DNA of 57,836 nt from Longimicrobium sp. (GCA_036399995.1 DASWMA010000510.1:1-57836), one strand, 5' to 3'; counted from the first letter of the stretch, positions 28,146-37,512 are shown. Numbers and translations are program-made. Notes: a model not told the origin generated them from the sequence alone.

Positions 28146-28781
28146 ATCCCCGACTGCATCCTGATCTTCGTCCGCGCGCCGGAGCCGGGGCGCGTGAAGA
28201 CCCGCCTGGCGGCCGAGATCGGCGCCCGGCCGGCGCTGCGCGTCTACCGGCGGCTCGCGGAGCACGCGGTGGCCGAAGCGCGGGCGCTGGGGGCGGCGGT
28301 GGCGCTGCGCATCCACTTCACCCCGGCGGACGCGGGGGAGGCGGTGCGGCGGTGGCTGGGCGATGACGGGGCCGTGTACCTGCCGCAGGCGGATGCGGAG
28401 CTGGGCGGGCGGATGCGCGCGGCGTTCGAGGCGGCGTTCGCCGAAGGGCATCGGCGCGTGGTGATCATCGGCTCGGACCTGCCGGGGCTCACGGCGGGGC
28501 TGCTGCGCCAGGCGCTCGGATCGCTCGACGATCATCCTGTCGTGCTGGGCCCCGCGCACGACGGGGGATACTACCTGCTGGGGCTGCGCGAGATGATCCC
28601 CGGCCTCTTCCACCCCATCCCCTGGAGCACCGCCGACGTGTTCGATGCGACCATGGCGCGGCTTCACGCGCTCGGCATCACCCCGGCGCTCCTCCCGGCG
28701 CTGGGCGACGTGGACGTGGCCGCCGACCTGCCCGACGGCTGGCGCGCGTGGGCCGCGGAGGAAGGGGGGGTGGCGGCATGA
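28146..28781 (+). CDS. TIGR04282/DUF2064-type CofC-like transferase
   Basis: IFVRAPEPGRVKTRL, Q..A.LGGRM, IIGSDLP, VLGPA.DGGYYLLG, WST, L.DVD...D; start codon unclear (ATC 28146?). Confidence 0.85.
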   Translation: MPDCILIFVRAPEPGRVKTRLAAEIGARPALRVYRRLAEHAVAEARALGAAVALRIHFTPADAGEAVRRWLGDDGAVYLPQADAELGGRMRAAFEAAFAEGHRRVVIIGSDLPGLTAGLLRQALGSLDDHPVVLGPAHDGGYYLLGLREMIPGLFHPIPWSTADVFDATMARLHALGITPALLPALGDVDVAADLPDGWRAWAAEEGGVAA

Positions 28782-29395
28782 ACGTGGTCGAATTCATCCG
28801 CGGGATGTTCGGCAACAATCCCGTGGAGTGGACGGCGGTCGTCTTCGGCATCGTCAGCGTGTACCTGAGCGTGCGCGAGAAGGTGTGGAGCTGGCCCACG
28901 GGGATCGTGAACGTGTCGCTGTACGTCTACATCTTCTTCCATGCGAAGCTGTATGCCGACATGGGGCTGCAGGTGTTCTACATCTTCATCTCCTTCTACG
29001 GCTGGTGGAACTGGCTGTACGGCGGCGAGAACCGCACCGAGCTGCACGTGACGCGGCTCCCGCGGCGGATGGCGGTGATCCTCCCCATCGCGGGGGTCGC
29101 GGCGGCGGCGGCGCTCGGCACCCTGCTGCACCGCAACACCGACGCCGACCTGCCGTACGTGGACAGCACGCTCACCGTGGCCAGCCTGATCGCGCAGTAC
29201 CTGATGACCAGGAAGGTGCTGGAGAACTGGGCGATCTGGGTGGTGGCCGACGTGGCCTACGTGGCGATGTACATCAACAAGGAGCTGTACCCCACCGCCT
29301 TCCTCTACACCGTGTTCCTGGGGCTGGCGTCGATGGGGTGGGTGCAGTGGAGGCGCTCGTGGCAAGCGCAGCAGGCGGCGGCCCCCGCGCGGTGA
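28778..29395 (+). CDS. pnuC: PnuC-family nicotinamide riboside/vitamin transporter
   Basis: VE..AV.FG..SV.L...E..W.WP.G, LYAD..LQ, YGWWNW, DS..T..S..AQ.LM.RK.LENW..W...D. Confidence 0.88.
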   Translation: MNVVEFIRGMFGNNPVEWTAVVFGIVSVYLSVREKVWSWPTGIVNVSLYVYIFFHAKLYADMGLQVFYIFISFYGWWNWLYGGENRTELHVTRLPRRMAVILPIAGVAAAAALGTLLHRNTDADLPYVDSTLTVASLIAQYLMTRKVLENWAIWVVADVAYVAMYINKELYPTAFLYTVFLGLASMGWVQWRRSWQAQQAAAPAR

Positions 29396-29931
29396 CGCGC
29401 CCGCTGCGCGTGGTGGTCACCGGCTCCGAATCGACGGGAAAGACCACGCTGGCGGAGCGCTTGGCCGGGCACTACGGAACCGCCTGGGCCCCCGAGTTCA
29501 GCCGCGCGTACGCCGAATCCCTCGACAGGCCGCTGACGCGCGACGACGTGGAGCCGATCGCCCGCGGCCAGCTGGCCGGCGAGCGCGAGGTGGAGGTGCG
29601 TTCTGGCCGGCTGCTGATCCTGGACACCGACGTGCTGAGCACCCTGGTGTACGGCGAGCACTACTACGGCCACGCGCCGGAGTGGATCACCGCCGCGCTG
29701 CGCGAGCACCCCGCCGACCTCTACCTGCTCTGCGACGTGGACGTGCCGTGGACGCCTGGTCCGGCGCGCGACCGCGGCCACCTGCGCGGCGAGATGCACG
29801 CGCTGTTCGCCGATGCCGTCCGCCGCACCGGCGCCCCCGCCGTGCTGATCCGCGGCGGGTGGGACGAGCGCTTCCGCGCGGGCGTGGTGGCGGTGGACGC
29901 GCTGCTCGCTGTGCACACCGGTCCTTCCTGA
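29392..29931 (+). CDS. NadR-type P-loop kinase domain protein (AAA_28-like)
   Basis: VVTGSESTGKTTLA, PEFSR, LILDTD, DLYLL.D.DVPW...RD; GTGA overlap with pnuC. Confidence 0.85.
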   Translation: MTRPLRVVVTGSESTGKTTLAERLAGHYGTAWAPEFSRAYAESLDRPLTRDDVEPIARGQLAGEREVEVRSGRLLILDTDVLSTLVYGEHYYGHAPEWITAALREHPADLYLLCDVDVPWTPGPARDRGHLRGEMHALFADAVRRTGAPAVLIRGGWDERFRAGVVAVDALLAVHTGPS

Positions 29932-29971
29932 CGCCGGCAAGATCGTGGTGGTGACAGGCGCCGCTGATGGG

Positions 29972-30061
29972 TCACACGGAGGAACGGAGTGCAGCGGAGG
30001 GAACGGAGAACTTCATCGCAGTTCCTCCGTTTCCTCCGTTCTTCTCCGTTCCTCCGTGTGA
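29972..30061. repeat. Long hairpin (family B)
   Basis: TCACACGGAGGAACGGAG... / ...CTCCGTTCCTCCGTGTGA. Confidence 0.8.
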
Positions 30062-30106
30062 TCCCCTTCGCAGAATCCGCACGCAGACTGAACTTTCGGC
30101 TCAGGA

Positions 30107-30796
30107 ATGATGCCCGCCCCGCCGCCGCTCTCCATCATCATCCCCGTCCTGAACGAGGCCGCGGGGATCGTGGACACGCTTGCCGCGCTGCAGCCGCTGC
30201 GCGCGCGCGGCTGCGAGGTGATCGTGGCGGACGGCGGCAGCACCGACGGCTCGCCCGGCCTGGCGCGGCCGCTGGCGGACCGCGTGGTCGCATCGGATCG
30301 TGGCCGCGCGCGCCAGCAGAACGCCGGCGCGGCGGAAGCGACGGGCGACGTCCTGCTCTTCCTCCACGCAGACACCCGGCTGCCGGCGGACGCGGATCGG
30401 AGGGTGATCGATGGACTGCGGGCGTGCGGGCGGGGATGGGGCCGCTTCGACGTGCGCCTTACCGGCCGCCACCCGATGCTGCGCGTGATCGAGCGGATGA
30501 TCGGCGCTCGCTCGCGGCTGTCGGGGATCGCGACGGGCGATCAGGGGATCTTCGTCCGCCGCGAGTGGTTCGCGCGCGCCGGCGGCTTTCCCGGCATCCC
30601 GCTGATGGAAGACGTGGCGCTGTCGAAGGTGCTCAAGCGCTTGGGCCCGCCCCTCTGCCTGCGCGAGACGGTGACGACGTCGAGCCGCCGGTGGGAGGAG
30701 CGCGGCGTGTGGCGCACGATGGCGCTGATGTGGAGGCTGCGGCTGGAGTTCTGGCTGGGCGCCGACCCGGCGCGGCTGGCGGAGCGGTATCAATAG
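30107..30796 (+). CDS. TIGR04283-type GT2 glycosyltransferase
   Basis: SIIIPVLNE, DGGSTD, GRARQQNAGA, FLHAD, GDQGIF, LMED, TSSRRW. Confidence 0.9.
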   Translation: MMPAPPPLSIIIPVLNEAAGIVDTLAALQPLRARGCEVIVADGGSTDGSPGLARPLADRVVASDRGRARQQNAGAAEATGDVLLFLHADTRLPADADRRVIDGLRACGRGWGRFDVRLTGRHPMLRVIERMIGARSRLSGIATGDQGIFVRREWFARAGGFPGIPLMEDVALSKVLKRLGPPLCLRETVTTSSRRWEERGVWRTMALMWRLRLEFWLGADPARLAERYQ

Positions 30797-30961
30797 TGAT
30801 CCTGAATGGTTCTGCATTTCTGTGGGCCAAGATCATACAGGTACGAGCGCAGTGTGTGGCCACTTCGGAGTAATATGCGGCCCTCGTGCGAAAAGCCTTT
30901 CGGTTTTCTCGTGTTGTGCTCAATATACGTGGTACACTACCTCCATCTGGGAGCCTAACGG

Positions 30962-31726
30962 GTGCCGAACGAAACCTTTCCGGACCGCCTCTTGAATCTC
31001 GAATTCGGCGGCAGCCGCATTACGCTGTCGGATTTGGTGGCTGCGTCTGCGCGCGTTCTCGGCATCTTGACCGATGTAGATGCGCGAACCAGCAATGAGC
31101 CCGGCGGCAGCCTGGATTGGGTGATTCGTGACCTTAGACCGGGCAGCGCTGTGCTCGAGGTATACGCTGAACCAAAGGGGAAACAAACTGATCCGTGGGT
31201 TCCCAGCGAGGTAGTACGCCGGTTCAAGAGCGGAATTCGTCATGTTGTCGAGCGAGGCGAGCGGCCACCGTATTTCAGTGAGCGCGCCATGCAGCAGGCT
31301 TTCGAACTCGTGACAATCCTGAACGAAAACGGAATCAATGCCTTTCGGGTGGGTCATAATGGAGAGAAAGTAGAAATCACCCCTGCGCTAAGGAAGCCAG
31401 TCAAAGAGGCCTTAGAAGGGTCGTATAAAGCAATTGGTAGTGTGGAGGGGCGGATCGAAGGCCTGTCCGCCCACGAGCCCCCGTATTCCTGCACTGTCTA
31501 CACACTAGTCACGGGAGAAGCAATTCGCTGTAATTTCGCTGATCCTGAACTGCTGACCACTGCCTACAAACACTTCCGGCAACGCGTCACCTTGCGTGGA
31601 GTGCTCACCAGCCGTCCAAACGGTGAGGTGACCAGCATGCGTGTGTACAGCATTGATCCGTTCCCCGCTGATGATGACTTGCCAACGGTAGACGACATCC
31701 TCGGGATTTTGGCGAATGGCGCTTGA
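30962..31726 (+). CDS. Hypothetical protein with probable C-terminal OB-like region; partner of PIN protein
   Basis: Lower-GC ORF; GSVEGRIEG...IRC.F...RVTLRG; overlaps the PIN gene by 11 bp. Confidence 0.75.
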   Translation: MPNETFPDRLLNLEFGGSRITLSDLVAASARVLGILTDVDARTSNEPGGSLDWVIRDLRPGSAVLEVYAEPKGKQTDPWVPSEVVRRFKSGIRHVVERGERPPYFSERAMQQAFELVTILNENGINAFRVGHNGEKVEITPALRKPVKEALEGSYKAIGSVEGRIEGLSAHEPPYSCTVYTLVTGEAIRCNFADPELLTTAYKHFRQRVTLRGVLTSRPNGEVTSMRVYSIDPFPADDDLPTVDDILGILANGA

Positions 31727-32237
31727 GCGACGCTACTGGGACTCGGCATGCTTCATCGCCATTCTCAGCAAGGAAGCAGGGCGGGTCGACGTCTGTGCAC
31801 CCATTCTCCGTTCAGCCGAGATGCGTGCAGTCGAAATCGTCACCTCAGCCTGGACGATAACGGAGGTCCTGCACCCTAAAGGTGGCAAGCCGCTACCTCC
31901 TGAGGTCCGGGCCACCGTTAAGGCATTCTTCCATCGTTCAGGAATCGTGCTCGTCAACGTTGACCGTCGTATCGCTGAAAATGCGCAGGAATACTTCTGG
32001 GATTATGGCGTGAAGCCCAAAGATGCGATCCACGTTGCATGCGCCATCGAAGCAAAAGCGCCTGTTCTCGAGACATACGATGATAAGTTGATCGCGCTTT
32101 CTGGTCTCGTGGGAGGCAATCCCGTACTCGAGATTCGCGAGCCACAGCCGATGCCGGGCCCCAAGCCTAAGGCTGGAATTGGCCCGCGTGCCCAAGGTGA
32201 TCTGCTGGAGGCGGGAGGAGGAGAGGTCACTGAGTGA
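31716..32237 (+). CDS. PIN-domain (VapC-like) ribonuclease
   Basis: YWDSACFI, TSAWTITEV, KPKDAIHVACA, TYD: acidic PIN active-site pattern. Confidence 0.85.
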   Translation: MALERRYWDSACFIAILSKEAGRVDVCAPILRSAEMRAVEIVTSAWTITEVLHPKGGKPLPPEVRATVKAFFHRSGIVLVNVDRRIAENAQEYFWDYGVKPKDAIHVACAIEAKAPVLETYDDKLIALSGLVGGNPVLEIREPQPMPGPKPKAGIGPRAQGDLLEAGGGEVTE

Positions 32238-32355
32238 GTCTGACTCGCCTCCTCAACTCATCGCCGCAGACTCCAAGGCGGCTGCGCCGCTCTTCTGTGG
32301 CACGGCTCGGCGTCAGGCGTCCTAGCTCCTAACTTGCTTCAAGGCGCCATCTCCT

Positions 32356-34251
32356 CTACCGCCGGCCCAGCATCCCCTTCACCCGCCGGAAGATCGCACC
32401 CGCCTGGTCCAGCCCCAGCGCGGCGGCCACGGCGAAGTAGGTCGCGCCGTAGACGCCCAGCACCAGCACGCCGCTGATCAGCGTGGGCAGGTCGTTCGGG
32501 AGGAGGAGGCGCATCCCCCAGGCGAGCGCGGCGCCGGCCAGGGCGGCGGCGAACATCCGGCCCAGCGGCCCCGCCCCTGCGCCCACGGGGCCGATCTGCT
32601 TCCGCAGTGAGCGCTTGAGCAGGTACCACTCCACCCAGGCGCCCACCCCGCTCCCCAGCGCCAGCCCCACCGCCCCCAGCGGCGCCCCGCCGATGCGCAG
32701 GTCGCCGCCCAGCCCCGCGGGGATCACCCGCCCCGCCACCGAGATGCTCTCGAACTGCAGCATCAGCACGATCGCCAGCGTCAGCGAGATCACCACGCGC
32801 AGGGTGGCGTAGCGCGCCGGCGTGCGCGTGTCGCGCAGGGCGAAGAAGGTGGACGAGAGGAGGCGCGACGCCGTGGTCGCCACCAGCCCCAGGGAGAAGC
32901 CGAGCAGCGTGAGGTACACCAGCAGCGTGTCGGCGCGGTCGAACTCGCCGCGCTGCAGCAGCGTGGCCACCACCACGTCGCCCAGCAGCGCGAAGGCGAT
33001 GAACGATGGCACCACGTAGAAGGCGATGCGCTCCAGCCCCGCCGAGGCGCGGGCGCGCAGCACCTCGCCGCCGCTGGCGCGCTGCCGCGACAGCTCCGGC
33101 AGCTCCGCCGCCGCCACCGACATCCCGAACAGGCTGATGGGGAGGATGTACAGCGTCTGCGCGTACTGCAGCGTGCTGACCGCGCCGGCGGCCAGGAACG
33201 AGGCCAGCACGTTGTCGAGGTAGGCGCTGATCTGCACCACGCCCTTCCCCATCACCGCCGGCCCGGCGTTGCGCAGCGTCTCGCGCACCTGCGGCATCCG
33301 CGGCGCCCAGCGCACCCGGATCTCGCGGTTCAGCTTGAGCACCCGGGGGAGCTGCACCAGGAACTGCAGCGCGCCGCCGGCCAGCGCCCCCCACGCCAGC
33401 GCCATCACCAGCCGCTCGGGGCTCAGGCTGCCGCCCAGCGCCACCAGCGTGGCGATCATCGCCGCGTTCCACACCACCGGGGCGAAGTACGACAGGAAGA
33501 AGTTGCGGTGGCTGTTCAATATCCCCAGCGACCACGCCGACAGCACCAGCAGCCCCGTCATGGGGAAGATGATGCGCACCACCTGGATGGTGAGCTCGCG
33601 CCGCTCGCCCTCGAAGCCGGGAAGGAAGATGGACACCAGCACCGGCGCCATCACCACGCCGAACAGCGCCAGCGCCCCGGCCGCCGCCAGCAGCAGCGCG
33701 AACACCGCCCCGGCCACCTCCCCCGCCTCCTTCTTCCGCCCCTGGTGCAGCAGCTCGGAATAGACGGGGATGAACGACGCGCTGAGCGTGCCCTCGCCCA
33801 GCAGGTTCTGCAGCACGTTGGGCATCCGCAGCCCGGCGCTGAACACGTCGGCGTACTTCGACGTGCCGAAGTAGTGCGCGAACACGCTCAGCCGCACCAG
33901 CCCCGCCACGCGGCTCAGCAGGATCCCCGCGGCCACCATCGCCGACGCCGCGGTGGACGAGCGCTCCGCCTTGGGCACGGACGCCGCCGGCTCCACCGCC
34001 TCGTCGTCGGTGTCGGACGAGAGCGCGCCCGCCTCCACGGCCTCGGGGCCGGGCTCCGGCATCAGCTGCGTCTCGTCGGGGTCGCGCTGCGGGGCACCCG
34101 CCCCCGCGGGCTCGCGGCCGGGCCGCGCCATCAGCTGCGTGTCGTCGTCGTCAGGCGAGCGGGCACCCGGGTCCGGCATCAGCACCGTGGCGTCGGGGTC
34201 CGGCGCGGGCGGGTCGGGCGGGGGCGTGGGCCCCTGCGGGTCGCGGGTCAT
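32356..34251 (-). CDS. murJ: Lipid II flippase MurJ with about 100-aa acidic/Pro-rich N-terminal extension
   Basis: SRVAGLVR, R.PN.L..LLGEGTLSASFIP, LP.S.FG, RGEF, FFALRDTRTP. Confidence 0.92.
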   Translation of the reverse strand: MTRDPQGPTPPPDPPAPDPDATVLMPDPGARSPDDDDTQLMARPGREPAGAGAPQRDPDETQLMPEPGPEAVEAGALSSDTDDEAVEPAASVPKAERSSTAASAMVAAGILLSRVAGLVRLSVFAHYFGTSKYADVFSAGLRMPNVLQNLLGEGTLSASFIPVYSELLHQGRKKEAGEVAGAVFALLLAAAGALALFGVVMAPVLVSIFLPGFEGERRELTIQVVRIIFPMTGLLVLSAWSLGILNSHRNFFLSYFAPVVWNAAMIATLVALGGSLSPERLVMALAWGALAGGALQFLVQLPRVLKLNREIRVRWAPRMPQVRETLRNAGPAVMGKGVVQISAYLDNVLASFLAAGAVSTLQYAQTLYILPISLFGMSVAAAELPELSRQRASGGEVLRARASAGLERIAFYVVPSFIAFALLGDVVVATLLQRGEFDRADTLLVYLTLLGFSLGLVATTASRLLSSTFFALRDTRTPARYATLRVVISLTLAIVLMLQFESISVAGRVIPAGLGGDLRIGGAPLGAVGLALGSGVGAWVEWYLLKRSLRKQIGPVGAGAGPLGRMFAAALAGAALAWGMRLLLPNDLPTLISGVLVLGVYGATYFAVAAALGLDQAGAIFRRVKGMLGRR

Positions 34252-34447
34252 GGAGCTCCAGTGGAAAAAACGCCCGCGCGGGGGAACCCGGCGTGCGGCG
34301 GAAACGCCGTGTCGGATGGGACGTCGTGGAAGGCGCCCGGGGCAAGGCGGCGCCGGGGATCGGGCCACGCGCGCACGCCGCCCGGTTGCCCCGAACGCAT
34401 GGGGACCCATGCGAGAATCTTCGCTCCCACCCTCTGCCGCCCCTTCC

Positions 34448-34460
34448 TAAATCCTTGAAA
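34448..34460. promoter_or_regulatory. Possible IHF-type site in the murJ / response-regulator intergenic region
   Basis: TAAATCCTTGAAA vs consensus YAANNNNTTGATW (one mismatch), in an AT-rich patch. Confidence 0.3.
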
Positions 34461-34607
34461 TAACGTATCTTGAGACATCCCCCCGACGCCAGCCCAGGCA
34501 GCCTTCACAGACTCCCTCCGCTCCCGCTCGGGCCGATTGCCGGCCTTTGCCCCGTGTGCGCGCCAGCCGGCGCCACGAACCGGGCGCTCCATCGAGGGTG
34601 TTGTACC

Positions 34608-35036
34608 ATGTCCCAGAAACTGATCCTCGTCTGCGACGACAACGAGGACAACCGGGTGGTCTTCAAGGCCGTCCTGGAGCACGCGGGGTTCGCCGTGGTG
34701 GTTGCGCAGGACGGCGCCGAGGCGCTGGAGGAGGCACGCGCGTTCACGCCGTCGCTGATCCTGATGGACCTGATGATGCCCGGGCTGGACGGGTGGCAGA
34801 CGGTGGGGCAGCTCAAGGCCGACCCCGTCACCGCCGAGATCCCGGTGGTGGCGGTGAGCGCCGACGTGCACGTGAACCCCGATGTCCTGCACCGCGGAGG
34901 CTTCTGTGCCTTCGTGCCCAAGCCGATCCTCCCCAAGCACCTGCTCGACGCCGTCAACCGCTGCCTCGACGAGCTGGCGGGCGGCGGCATCACCCGGTGG
35001 CTCAAGCTTCCGGCGTACGAGCCCGGCGTGCACTGA
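34608..35036 (+). CDS. Single-domain response regulator
   Basis: ILVCDD, LMDLMMP, VAVSA, KP. Confidence 0.88.
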   Translation: MSQKLILVCDDNEDNRVVFKAVLEHAGFAVVVAQDGAEALEEARAFTPSLILMDLMMPGLDGWQTVGQLKADPVTAEIPVVAVSADVHVNPDVLHRGGFCAFVPKPILPKHLLDAVNRCLDELAGGGITRWLKLPAYEPGVH

Positions 35037-35168
35037 GCCGAACCCGGCGGCGGCTCCCGGTCCTTTCCGTGACCGGCCTCGGTCGCGCGACCGGGGACTC
35101 TCGCCGGCGGGAACGACACGCGACGCGGTTCGCCCCTCCCCTGCACTGCAGGCGAGGGGCGTTCTGCG

Positions 35169-36008
35169 TTACCGGCCGCCCGCCGCGCTCAGCACGCGCG
35201 AGCTGACCAGCTGGCCGGCGCGTGACAGCACCAGCTCGATCACGGCGCCGCCCGGGTCGCGCACCTGGCGCACGGTCTGGCCCGCGGCGTTGGTGGTCTG
35301 CTGGATCGCCGGAAGGGTGAGCAGGTTGGTGACCGTGCGCGAGCTCACCACGTTGCCGGCCGCGTTCAGCGTGCGCTCCACCACGTTGCCGCCCTGCAGC
35401 GTGCGCTGCACCGTCTGCCCCAGGGTGTTCACCGTCTGGCTCAGCAGGCCGCCGGGCTGGGTCACGTTGTTCAGCGTCTGCCCCACGGCGCCCACCGCCC
35501 GGTTGACCGGCCCGCCGGGGGCCAGCGCCTGGTTGGCCACGCGGCCGGTGGTGGCCACGGTGTTGTCCACCGTGCTCAGCACCTGCGTGAGGATCTGCGG
35601 GTTGCGGTCGAGCGTGCCGATCACGCGGCTCACGATGCGGTTGACGTTGTCGAGGTCCACGTACAGGTACGCCTCGGCCTCCACCCCCACGATCTCCAGC
35701 CGCACCCGGCCGATGCTCACGTCGGCGCCGGCGTCGAGGGTGACCAGGTTGGCCGCGTTGGCCGCCAGCGACAGGTGCGCGCGCAGGTTCTGCACGGTCA
35801 CGCCGATGGAGTCGACCTCGAGGTTGGGCACCTCCAGGATCACGTCGTAGTTGGGCGTGCCGACCTGCTGCACGGTGCGCTGGGCGGCCTGCGGCGCCGC
35901 CAGCGGCCGCGCCTGCGCCTGGATCCGCGCCGAGGCCGTGTCCTGCTGCGCGGCCGCGGGCGCGCAGATCACCAGCGCCAGCGCGGCCGCCACACCGGAA
36001 CGCATCAT
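35169..36008 (-). CDS. Secreted hypothetical protein with Q/T/V/N-rich repeats (paralogue A)
   Basis: Signal peptide ending PAAAQ; GGAGG RBS; YDVILEVPNL...DLDNV; repeats like QTVNTLGQTVQRTL. Confidence 0.8.
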   Translation of the reverse strand: MMRSGVAAALALVICAPAAAQQDTASARIQAQARPLAAPQAAQRTVQQVGTPNYDVILEVPNLEVDSIGVTVQNLRAHLSLAANAANLVTLDAGADVSIGRVRLEIVGVEAEAYLYVDLDNVNRIVSRVIGTLDRNPQILTQVLSTVDNTVATTGRVANQALAPGGPVNRAVGAVGQTLNNVTQPGGLLSQTVNTLGQTVQRTLQGGNVVERTLNAAGNVVSSRTVTNLLTLPAIQQTTNAAGQTVRQVRDPGGAVIELVLSRAGQLVSSRVLSAAGGR

Positions 36009-36085
36009 CCCCCACCTCCCGAAAGCATGACTCCGCGCCAGATGGGCGCGGCGCAACGAGCTCTTCCCCACGTCCCTGCCGGCGT

Positions 36086-36517
36086 TCACGGCGGAGCCGC
36101 GCGGCGCGCCGTGTCGGCCTGCGCCGCGGGGCCGCACACGCCGCCGCCCAGCGCCGTCCCCACTCCGCCGCCCCCCGCCAGTGCGGCGATGCACGCCGCC
36201 TCCAGCCGGCCCACGATCTCCACCGCGATGAAGACGTCGCGGTAGGTGGCGCCCGCCTCCACCCGCTGGGGGAGGTTGCGCCGCTCCAGCACGCGCACCG
36301 CCGGCCCGGCGCACCCGTTCACCCGCGCGCCCGCCTGCGGCCGGGTGCGGAAGGTCACCTCGTCGATCGCCACCGAGGCGCGGATCACCACCGCCGCGCC
36401 CGCCGTGTCGGCACGGGTGGAGTCGGCGCACGCCGGCTGCGCCTGCCCGTGCGCCGTGGAGGGCGCGAGGGAGACGACGAGGACGAGCGGGACGATCCAG
36501 CACCACGAACGCGGCAT
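36086..36517 (-). CDS. Small secreted Cys-containing hypothetical protein
   Basis: AAAGGAG RBS before ATG 36517; signal peptide; ER.NLP..VE.G.TYRD motif. Confidence 0.65.
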   Translation of the reverse strand: MPRSWCWIVPLVLVVSLAPSTAHGQAQPACADSTRADTAGAAVVIRASVAIDEVTFRTRPQAGARVNGCAGPAVRVLERRNLPQRVEAGATYRDVFIAVEIVGRLEAACIAALAGGGGVGTALGGGVCGPAAQADTARRAAPP

Positions 36518-36651
36518 GCGGCTCCTTTCGGCGGGAGGGGGGCCACTCAACTTCCGTGCCCCTGACCGGCACGCTTTCTGCCCCGGCCACCGCCTCGCGC
36601 GCAACGAAGCACGGTGTTGCGCGTGGGCAACCGCACACGCGGAAGGAAGCC

Positions 36652-37512
36652 ATGCGGACGAGGTGGATGGGAGTGCTGGCGGCAACCCTGCTGCTGCCGG
36701 CGGCAGCCGATGCGCAGCGCGGACGGCAGCAGCCGGCCACGGCGGCGGGCGCGTGCCCGGCCAGGACGGCGGCGGCGCCGGGGCGGCAGCCGGGGCCCCC
36801 GCCCGAGCTGCAGGCCTACGACGTGGTGGTGAGCGTGCCACGGCTGTGCGTGGAGCGCATCACCCTGGAGGTGAACGACCTGCAGGCGCGGCTGTCGCTG
36901 AACGCGCGCGTGGCCAACCTGGTGAGCGTGCAGGCGGGCGCCGACGTGAGCGTGGAGCAGGTGAGCATCGGCATCCGCGGCGTGCGCGCCGAGGCGCTGC
37001 TGCTGGTGGACCTCGACAACGTGGTGCAGGTGGTGGAGCGGACGCTGCAGTTCGTGGACAACCACCCCGAGATCGTCACGCAGCTCACCGGCACGGTCAA
37101 CCGCACCGTGAACACCGTGGGGAGCGTGGCCAACACGGCGCTGCAGCCCGGCGGCGTGGTGGACCGCACCGTGGGCGTGGCGGGGCAGACGCTGAACAAC
37201 CTGGCCCAGCCCGGCGGCGTGCTCACGCAGACGGTGAACACCCTGGGCCAGACGGTGCAGACCACCCTGGACGCCAGCGGCAACCTGGTGGAGCGCACGC
37301 TGGGCACGGCGGGGCAGGTGGTGAACACCCGCACCCTGGGCGCGGTGATCAGCCTGCCCGTGGTGGGGCAGACCACCAACACCGCCGGCCAGGTGGTGCG
37401 CACCGTCCGCACCACCGCCGGCCAGCTGATCGAGCTGACGCTGGACCAGGGCGGCCGCGTGGTCGGTGCCCGCCCGGCGCAGCAGCAGCCCGGCGGCGGC
37501 GCACGGCCGTAG
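36652..37512 (+). CDS. Secreted hypothetical protein with Q/T/V/N-rich repeats (paralogue B)
   Basis: Signal peptide ending ADAQ; aligns by eye with 35169-36008 over most of its length. Confidence 0.8.
   Translation: MRTRWMGVLAATLLLPAAADAQRGRQQPATAAGACPARTAAAPGRQPGPPPELQAYDVVVSVPRLCVERITLEVNDLQARLSLNARVANLVSVQAGADVSVEQVSIGIRGVRAEALLLVDLDNVVQVVERTLQFVDNHPEIVTQLTGTVNRTVNTVGSVANTALQPGGVVDRTVGVAGQTLNNLAQPGGVLTQTVNTLGQTVQTTLDASGNLVERTLGTAGQVVNTRTLGAVISLPVVGQTTNTAGQVVRTVRTTAGQLIELTLDQGGRVVGARPAQQQPGGGARP

Noticed and set aside
30797..32340. Islet as IS or prophage
   Set aside because: No transposase, integrase, terminal repeats or phage genes seen
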